From NCBI GenBank assembly GCA_015491865.1, contig WFVD01000007.1:5994-69993 (forward strand): a DNA stretch of 64,000 bases, written 5' to 3'. The position numbers and the translations under genes are program-made. The notes beneath the pieces were generated by a model. It was given only the letters and a program-made list of their open reading frames with translations, did not search any database and was not told the DNA's origin. Shown here in pieces: positions 34,153 through 40,950 of this stretch. Numbering within the stretch: position 1 is the stretch's first letter; each line of letters opens with the position of its first letter. The stretch comes from Gammaproteobacteria bacterium (lineage in GTDB: Bacteria; Pseudomonadota; Gammaproteobacteria; SZUA-140).

Positions 34153-35859
34153 ATGACAACATCACTCACCATCAACGCCGGTCAATACAGCGAGAAAGGC
34201 AATAAGCCTCAAAATGAAGACTCCTGCGGCATCATGGTGCCAGAGGAGCCGACGCTCACTACCAAAGGCGTTGCGATGATTATTGCTGATGGTGTCAGCA
34301 GTGCTGAAGGGGGGCGAGAGGCTGCCGAATCCTGTGTGCGCGGTTTTCTCAACGACTACTTCAGCACACCTGAATCATGGACAGTAAAGTCCTCGGGGCA
34401 ACGTATCCTGGGGGCGCTCAACCACTGGCTTTATAGCCAAAATCAGCGCGCCGGTGCCACCGCACAAAACCTGCTCACGACAATGAGTACAGTAGTGATC
34501 AAATCCACCACCGCACATCTGTTCCATGTCGGCGATAGCCGTATCTATCACATGTCAAAACAGGGCGACCTTGAATGCATGACACGTGACCACCAGACCT
34601 GGGCGAGCAATGAAAAGGCCTTTCTCAACCGCGCCATGGGAGCCGATACCCTGGTTGAAATCGACTATCGAAACATTCCGCTAGAAGCAGGCGACCTCTT
34701 TTTGCTAACCACTGATGGCGTCCATGAGCACCTTAGCCATAAAGAGTTAACTGCCATCCTGCGAGAGATGCGTGAACAACCTGAACGCGCGGCAAAACAG
34801 CTGGTGCGGCGCGCACTGGAAAATGGCAGTGATGATAACGCCACCTGCCAGGTTATTGTGATTGAACATCTGCCGCTGCAAAATGAAGAAGAGTTTTTCC
34901 AGCATCTCACCGACCTGCCGTTTCCACCACACCTTGAACCCGGCATGGTGCTGGATGGCTACAAAATTCTGCGCGAGCTGCACGCCAGCAATCGCTCACA
35001 GCTTTACCTCGCGGTTGATGGCGATAGCGACAAGATGGTGGCGATCAAAACACCTTCGGTAAACTTTGAAGATGATGCTGAATATATCGACGGCTTTCTG
35101 CATGAAGAGTGGGTGGGGCGCCGCATCAACAACAACCATGTTTTAAAGGTGCTTGAACCCAGGCAGCAGCGACGCTTTTTATACCACATAACAGAATATA
35201 TCGAAGGCCAGACACTCCGCACGTGGATTGATGACCACCCGGAATGCACCCTTTCTGAGGTGCGCAATATTATCGAGCAGGTGGCACAGGGGTTACGCGG
35301 CTTTCATCGCCTGGAGATGCTGCATCAGGATCTGAAACCTGAAAACCTGATGATCGATGAGCATGACACCGTGAAGATCGTTGACTTTGGATCGACCCGC
35401 ATCGCGGGCATCCAGGAGATCAGCGCCCCCATTGAGCGAGGCAAACTGCTAGGCACTTTTGATTACGCAGCACCCGAATACTTTCTAGAGCAGCCAGCCT
35501 CTAATCGCTCCGATATCTTTTCACTCGGCGTCATCACTTACGAAATGCTCACCGGCGGACACCTTCCGTACGGTAAACCGCTGTCAAAAAACATCCTCAA
35601 ACATGTCGCCTATATCCCAGCCAAAACACACAACCCATCACTGCCCGAGTGGGTCGATGGCGCACTCAAGAAGGCAACGCATCTCAAGCCAGAGCGACGC
35701 TACCAGCTACTCTCCGAATTCATTCACGACCTCCAGAAACCGAATCATGAACTGGTTAATAAAGAGTTCCAACCACTAATGGAACGCAACCCCGTCGCCT
35801 TCTGGAAAGTGCTGGCCATCACCTCAATCGTAATCAACCTGATATTGCTGCTCAGATAA
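34153..35859 (+). CDS. bifunctional PP2C-type phosphatase / Hanks-type Ser/Thr protein kinase with a C-terminal TM anchor
   Basis: N-terminal PP2C motifs (IIADGVSS, TTDGVHE, GSDDNATC). Kinase motifs VAIKTP, HQDLKPENLMI, DFGSTR, APEY. Terminal helix FWKVLAITSIVINLILLL. Confidence 0.88.
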   Translation: MTTSLTINAGQYSEKGNKPQNEDSCGIMVPEEPTLTTKGVAMIIADGVSSAEGGREAAESCVRGFLNDYFSTPESWTVKSSGQRILGALNHWLYSQNQRAGATAQNLLTTMSTVVIKSTTAHLFHVGDSRIYHMSKQGDLECMTRDHQTWASNEKAFLNRAMGADTLVEIDYRNIPLEAGDLFLLTTDGVHEHLSHKELTAILREMREQPERAAKQLVRRALENGSDDNATCQVIVIEHLPLQNEEEFFQHLTDLPFPPHLEPGMVLDGYKILRELHASNRSQLYLAVDGDSDKMVAIKTPSVNFEDDAEYIDGFLHEEWVGRRINNNHVLKVLEPRQQRRFLYHITEYIEGQTLRTWIDDHPECTLSEVRNIIEQVAQGLRGFHRLEMLHQDLKPENLMIDEHDTVKIVDFGSTRIAGIQEISAPIERGKLLGTFDYAAPEYFLEQPASNRSDIFSLGVITYEMLTGGHLPYGKPLSKNILKHVAYIPAKTHNPSLPEWVDGALKKATHLKPERRYQLLSEFIHDLQKPNHELVNKEFQPLMERNPVAFWKVLAITSIVINLILLLR

Positions 35860-36128
35860 CCTCCTACCGCCTTGATGGCTACACCGCCATTAACAGCATA
35901 AACAGCCATCAAACCTTAACAACGCACCCTGGGCCGATAAAACAATCGCGAGCGCTGACATAGGTCGCGTTTTACGGGAAAAAACAGCAACTACTTTTTT
36001 TGCTCGTAATTTTCTTATAGTATCATCGGTTTACTTATGCGCTCAGCAACATCGGGCAGCGCCTAATAATAAACGGGAAGGTCAGAAATAACCTTCAAAC
36101 ATCAATATTCACGGGGAGGGAGTTAACA

Positions 36129-36998
36129 ATGGTACGGGGGAAAATCAAACAAGCTAGCATCGCTTTGGTACTAGGGCTGTTTTCAGTCAGCAGCATCGCG
36201 GGTGGTAGCCACAATAAAGGGCATGATAAAACGGGGTGGGAAACGAGCAAAAACAGCGAAGCCTGCGAGGGCTTTGGCCCACAGACACCTCGTAACATCG
36301 ATAGCAAGGCCGGTGAAAACAAGCGCATTTTTGGCATTGCTCCCGATTCAAGCGAGATGAACCTGTGCAACATCCACCTGCATAAAAATGCTGAGCATAA
36401 AGCGAGTGCTTTTAGCATCTACGCAGGCGATGGTGATGGCCACGGCTATGAGAGTGGCTATCAGTGCGCCATCAGTAAAACTCTGACCCCGACAGAAATG
36501 GCACCAACCAGTGGCACCATCTGTGAAGGTAAACATGGCGGCCTGAAACCCGGGGACACCATTGAAGTACACTGGGTCCACACCTCCTGCGCCGTTAAAC
36601 CTGGGGCAACGCTAGGCTCATGCCTCTCTGACAAAGACTGCCTGAACCCAACCCTGCGCGTAGAAACTCAGGTGTTTACCCTGGTCAACGATTCAAATGC
36701 ACTGGACTTCAATGACCTGGACTACGACGGCAACATCGTCAACGGCTACCACCAACCAAAAGCGCTGCCTACCAACACCGGCAAAGCGGTAGAGTTTCTC
36801 GGCTCAACCACCGGCCCCAGCTACAATGGACAGAAATGCTCCACCGCACAGGTCACCTGGGCAGTACGCCCTCAGTGTGCAAAAGTGGATATCAATACAG
36901 TTGGTGAATGGTGTAAAGACAACGCATTCAGTGAAGACCACGCACATGGAGTTCGCAAACTCGTCGTTAACCCCAAACTGCTCTCAACCATCAAATAA
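36129..36998 (+). CDS. secreted carbonic anhydrase-like protein (divergent alpha-like / possibly delta-class)
   Basis: Signal peptide and a GGAGGGAG SD. Alpha-CA-like landmarks appear in order: CEGFGPQTPRNID (C-x-G..Q-S-P-I-x-I), NIHLHKNAEH (HxH...EH), IEVHWVH (E-x-H-x-V-H) and GSTTGPSYNGQKCSTAQVTWAV (GSLTTPPC...V.W.V). Confidence 0.6.
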   Translation: MVRGKIKQASIALVLGLFSVSSIAGGSHNKGHDKTGWETSKNSEACEGFGPQTPRNIDSKAGENKRIFGIAPDSSEMNLCNIHLHKNAEHKASAFSIYAGDGDGHGYESGYQCAISKTLTPTEMAPTSGTICEGKHGGLKPGDTIEVHWVHTSCAVKPGATLGSCLSDKDCLNPTLRVETQVFTLVNDSNALDFNDLDYDGNIVNGYHQPKALPTNTGKAVEFLGSTTGPSYNGQKCSTAQVTWAVRPQCAKVDINTVGEWCKDNAFSEDHAHGVRKLVVNPKLLSTIK

Positions 36999-37046
36999 GG
37001 GGCTGATGCCGACATCTATACAACGAGCCATAGCTGTATAGATCAA

Positions 37047-37082
37047 CAAAAAAGGGCTGACATTGTTGTCAGCCCTTTTGCT
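37047..37082. terminator. bidirectional intrinsic terminator between convergent genes
   Basis: Perfect 12-bp stem AAAGGGCTGACA/TGTCAGCCCTTT (37051-62 / 37067-78) with a 4-nt loop. An A tract lies upstream and a T tract downstream. Confidence 0.8.
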
Positions 37083-37106
37083 ATTCGATCTTATACCACT
37101 GCAAGG

Positions 37107-38345
37107 TTAGAGGAAATAATCCAGATTTGTTCCTCTCGGCTCACCGCCAAGCCCCTGCGTAACTTCACTATAAATCCCTTCCATCAGCTGCTGACGCTCC
37201 TTTACCTGCTGCTCACGAGTATCGCTCGATGTTTCACGAACGGCCTCCTCAGCTGCAACTGACACCTCATCAACCGCAACAGAGAGCGGCGTGATCTGTA
37301 CTGGGGAGTAAAGCGCTTCACTCTCATCCTGAGATACCACCTCAACAGCTGCTGCCTGCTCATTTGAACGAACCCCATCAGCCACCTGGTTTTCTTCAGG
37401 TCCGGCTGATGCTACAGCTGCTGGCGCGGGATTATTCGCCGATGCAACAGGCTGAGCGCGATCAGACGAGCCTCCACGAAGGCCCTCTTCGGTAACTTTT
37501 GCTACTGCACCATAGGCACTTTCTAATAGTTGCTGACGCTGCTGCACCTGCACATTGCGCCTCTCTACGGGCACTTCAGCTGGCGACCGCTCGCTACCAT
37601 CGATGACTGTGTTAACGTTAACGACAGCAGCTGCCGAAGCCGCTTCAGGCTGGCCAGTCGCCACAGCAGGTGACAGAGAAGAGCCGCCCGCTACGGCATT
37701 CATCGCCTGCATCTCATCCACACGCTGCTGATTAATCTCAGCACTCGCTACCTGTGCCATGGCCCCTGCAGCGACAGCCACCTGACGGTCTTGTGCTGAC
37801 GGCTCTGCAGGCGCAAGCGCCGCACGCTGAATCAACTCAGCAACGCGTAGCGTCGCCTCGGGATCGCCCTGTACTGGTGAGGTGTTAACGCTCACCTCGC
37901 CACCTGTGGCGTAACGTTTACCATCTGGCCCTTCGGTGTAAGTAAAGCTTGCGCCGCTGGTCGCGCGGCTACCCGCTGCGGAGAGATGCGCCTGCTCATG
38001 TGCCCGCACCTCCTGGTCACGCTGCGCCAGCTGCTGAACTTCACGTACACCGGCATCATTCAGAGCCGGATTAGCTCCCTTTAGTGATGGCTCATGAGTG
38101 CTGCGCGCTGATTCAGCTGGCAGTTGCTGTGCAACCCCACTCTGCTGATTGTTATACCAAGGGTTCTGAAGCAGATGACCACTACTACTCTCATCCGCTT
38201 GCTGAACAACCCGAGGGTCAGGGATTGGGGCGACATTACGATCCTGAATCACTGTGCTTTCTGGTGATGAGTCCGGTGATTTTTGCGGCCGAATAATATC
38301 ACTATTCAGTGTCGGCATCTGTGGGGCAAAAGTGTTGATGACCAT
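37107..38345 (-). CDS. SprA-related / CJM1_0395-type putative metalloprotease family protein with a long low-complexity C-terminal extension
   Basis: VRAHEQAHLSAAG...YATGGEVSVNTSPVQGDPEATLRVAELIQRAALAPAEPSAQDRQVA matches my memory of the family core. No SD precedes either candidate ATG. Confidence 0.65.
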   Translation of the reverse strand: MVINTFAPQMPTLNSDIIRPQKSPDSSPESTVIQDRNVAPIPDPRVVQQADESSSGHLLQNPWYNNQQSGVAQQLPAESARSTHEPSLKGANPALNDAGVREVQQLAQRDQEVRAHEQAHLSAAGSRATSGASFTYTEGPDGKRYATGGEVSVNTSPVQGDPEATLRVAELIQRAALAPAEPSAQDRQVAVAAGAMAQVASAEINQQRVDEMQAMNAVAGGSSLSPAVATGQPEAASAAAVVNVNTVIDGSERSPAEVPVERRNVQVQQRQQLLESAYGAVAKVTEEGLRGGSSDRAQPVASANNPAPAAVASAGPEENQVADGVRSNEQAAAVEVVSQDESEALYSPVQITPLSVAVDEVSVAAEEAVRETSSDTREQQVKERQQLMEGIYSEVTQGLGGEPRGTNLDYFL

Positions 38346-38446
38346 AATATATAAACCAGTAAAACAAAATAGAACAGACTGTTATGCAGTTATACTACCT
38401 ATAATATATCGGCTCACTGAGAACTATTTATTAACTATCCATCCAT

Positions 38447-38471
38447 CTGATTGCATAACAATAACAATCAG
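38447..38471. promoter_or_regulatory. perfect 7-bp inverted repeat CTGATTG-N11-CAATCAG (candidate operator)
   Basis: Read directly from the sequence, 60 bp upstream of the ArsR-family gene in the divergent intergenic region. The binding protein is unknown. Confidence 0.25.
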
Positions 38472-38494
38472 TTAGCATTCCGCTGAAAATTAGG

Positions 38495-38523
38495 TTGATT
38501 ATTTGATCATATTGACATATATT
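38495..38523 (+). promoter_or_regulatory. candidate sigma70 promoter TTGATT-N17-TATATT that would give a leaderless bigR-like mRNA
   Basis: The -10 hexamer ends 7 nt before ATG 38531, and no SD precedes that ATG (TAACCCTCATG). Confidence 0.4.
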
Positions 38524-38530
38524 AACCCTC

Positions 38531-38824
38531 ATGAACCAGATCCCAAAAGAAAATGTGCGAGCGGCCAGCGAAGGGCTCAAGGCGATTGCCCATGAGCTAC
38601 GACTCACCGTCCTCTGCCTTCTACTGAATGGGCCGATGACGGTAAGCGAGCTACTTGAAGCAACGGGCGCTGAGCAGACCAATCTATCAAAACATCTATC
38701 CAGGATGCGCATGCTTGGGCTGCTCGAAACTAAAAAGCAGGGGAACTTTGTCCAATACCGCATCGCTAATCCTGCCTGGGGAAATGTCGTCATGTCACTT
38801 AAAAAAATTTACTGCCCCGACTGA
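38531..38824 (+). CDS. bigR: ArsR/SmtB-family repressor, BigR/SqrR-type (persulfide-sensing)
   Basis: wHTH LRLTVLCLLLNGPMTVSELLEATGAEQTNLSKHLSRMR. There are only two Cys, C29 and C95, 66 residues apart. As I recall, the sensing pair in BigR (C42/C108) and SqrR (C41/C107) has the same spacing. The operon context fits. Confidence 0.75.
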   Translation: MNQIPKENVRAASEGLKAIAHELRLTVLCLLLNGPMTVSELLEATGAEQTNLSKHLSRMRMLGLLETKKQGNFVQYRIANPAWGNVVMSLKKIYCPD

Positions 38825-38838
38825 GAAAGGAGTCATCG

Positions 38839-39369
38839 ATGAGTAACATCACATCCAAAGCACTGGACCAGAAGCTCAAACAGAGAGGAGGAGAACACTA
38901 CCTGATTGACGTTCGCACTGCGCCTGAATTTAATTCCGAATGTATCAATGCAGATTGTCGCAATATTCCCCTGAATAAAATCGACACGCTAGACTTACCG
39001 AAAGAGTGTGAGATCATCCTTATCTGTGCATCAGGTAATCGCAGCTCCCGCGCCAGAGATGCATTAGCGGAACAGGGCTACACCAACGTCTACAGTCTTG
39101 ATGGCGGCCTCGCAAACTGGAAAGCAAACAAGCTACCAACAAAACAGAAAGAGGGGGTCCTCCCCATTATGCGACAGGTGCAGATTGCGGCTGGCCTGTT
39201 AATATTAACGGGTGCACTCGGGTCATTACTGGTTGCACCACCGCTTATCTGGCTTGCAGTATTTGTAGGTGCAGGCCTGACCTTCGCAGGTGTTTCTGGA
39301 TGGTGTGGCATGGCACTAATACTCGGCAAGATGCCATGGAATAAAAAACTACAGGAGTGCAACGCATGA
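38839..39369 (+). CDS. ygaP: membrane-anchored rhodanese (YgaP-like: rhodanese + DUF2892 TM hairpin)
   Basis: Active-site loop CASGNRS and two C-terminal TM helices (IAAGLLILTGALGSLLV, LAVFVGAGLTFAGVSGW). Confidence 0.8.
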   Translation: MSNITSKALDQKLKQRGGEHYLIDVRTAPEFNSECINADCRNIPLNKIDTLDLPKECEIILICASGNRSSRARDALAEQGYTNVYSLDGGLANWKANKLPTKQKEGVLPIMRQVQIAAGLLILTGALGSLLVAPPLIWLAVFVGAGLTFAGVSGWCGMALILGKMPWNKKLQECNA

Positions 39370-40046
39370 TTTTACGCCAACTGTTTGACCACGAAACGTA
39401 TACTTACACTTATCTGATCGCTGATAAAAAAGCGCGTGAAGCAATCATCATTGATCCAGTGAAAGAGCAACTGTCTCGCGACCTGAAATGGATTAAAGAA
39501 CTAGGACTCACACTGCGTTATGCAGTCGATACCCACGTCCATGCCGACCACATCACCTCCGCTGGCGCCCTGCGCGAAGCAACGGGTTGTAAAACGGGTG
39601 TCGGCATCGGTGGCGAAGTAGCCTGCGCTGATATGGCACTCAAAGATGGCGATGAGATCAAATTCGGCAGCCATACATTACAGGTGCTTGCCACCCCCGG
39701 CCACACCAATAGCTGTCTCAGCTTTCATGTTGGCAACGTCGTCTTTAGCGGTGATTCGCTCTTTATACGCGGCACCGGACGTACCGATTTCCAGCAGGGA
39801 GATGCGGGCAGGCTCTACGACTCCATCAGCAAGAAACTCTACGCACTGCCCGATGAGACCATCGTATATCCAGGGCACGACTATCGTGGCAACACCATGA
39901 GCACTATCGGTGAAGAGAAGCAGTTTAACCCACGTATGCAACAGCCCCGTGAACGCTTTATCGAAATGATGGCAGCACTAAACCTGCCTGACCCGAAAAA
40001 AATTATGGAGGCGGTTCCCGCCAATCTCGCCTGCGGTCAGGCGTAG
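39366..40046 (+). CDS. MBL-fold persulfide dioxygenase (ETHE1/Blh-like)
   Basis: HVHADH motif and ATPGHT; ~226 aa. ATG 39366 overlaps the rhodanese stop (ATGA) and has AGGAG 8 nt upstream. The track start at GTG 39357 is less likely. Confidence 0.82.
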   Translation: MILRQLFDHETYTYTYLIADKKAREAIIIDPVKEQLSRDLKWIKELGLTLRYAVDTHVHADHITSAGALREATGCKTGVGIGGEVACADMALKDGDEIKFGSHTLQVLATPGHTNSCLSFHVGNVVFSGDSLFIRGTGRTDFQQGDAGRLYDSISKKLYALPDETIVYPGHDYRGNTMSTIGEEKQFNPRMQQPRERFIEMMAALNLPDPKKIMEAVPANLACGQA

Positions 40047-40049
40047 CCG

Positions 40050-40796
40050 ATGTCGCTACTGCTGTGGCCGCTCGCCTTTGCCGTCGGCATCATCCTCGCG
40101 CTCTTTGGTGCTGGCGGTGGTATGACCACCGTGCCACTACTGGTCTACCTTGGCGGTATCCCACTGAAGGAGGCCGTCGCGATGAGCCTGTGGGTGGTGG
40201 CTGGCGTTAGCCTGACTGCCGTTATCCATCAACGCGTCTGGCAGGTGCTTCATATGAAGCTACTGATCACCTTTGGTATAAGCGGGATTGTCGGTAGCCT
40301 GGCAGGAGCTGAAATTGGCATCACCATTGCCGAACAGCTCCAGTCAGCACTATTTGCGCTGCTACTGGTTGTCGTTTCAATCTGGCTGCTGCTAAAAAAG
40401 ATGGACCCAGCCCCCAGCCATAAAAAAAGAACTTTTAACTATATTCTTGCCGCAGCCGTCGGCACCACGATTGGCATACTAACCGGCATTCTGGGTGTCG
40501 GTGGTGGCTTCCTGTTAGTCCCGGCACTAATATGGCTCGGCGTATCACAGATGCCTGTTACCGTCGCCCACTCGCTGATACTGATTATTCTCAATTCAGT
40601 GGTAGCAGGGCTGCGTTATGCCGAAGCGATAGAGATTGATGTCATACTGACAACTGGCGTCGTGATTGCCGCCAGCCTTGGCGCTATCATTGGCGGCATA
40701 CTGTTAAAGAAAATCCCACAGAAACACCTACAGAAAGGTTTCGCCTTTTCACTGCTGCTGCTGGGCGTGGCAATGGGATCAAAAAGCCTTATTTAG
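40050..40796 (+). CDS. TauE/SafE family sulfite/anion exporter
   Basis: 248 aa, ~8 TM helices, with an internal two-fold repeat carrying GGG(M/F) motifs (GAGGGMTTVPLL / GVGGGFLLVPAL). Confidence 0.8.
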   Translation: MSLLLWPLAFAVGIILALFGAGGGMTTVPLLVYLGGIPLKEAVAMSLWVVAGVSLTAVIHQRVWQVLHMKLLITFGISGIVGSLAGAEIGITIAEQLQSALFALLLVVVSIWLLLKKMDPAPSHKKRTFNYILAAAVGTTIGILTGILGVGGGFLLVPALIWLGVSQMPVTVAHSLILIILNSVVAGLRYAEAIEIDVILTTGVVIAASLGAIIGGILLKKIPQKHLQKGFAFSLLLLGVAMGSKSLI

Positions 40797-40950
40797 CCTG
40801 TATAGAAAGAGAGACAGGCCTCTCTGACCGGGCTACTGGCTGGACTACCGCCCGGTAACCTGATCATTGCCAAAATGAGCACCAGCATGCGCTTTTAGTT
40901 ACAGCGATAGTTGAGCTATGATCGAGACACCACGATAACGGACTCACTCA

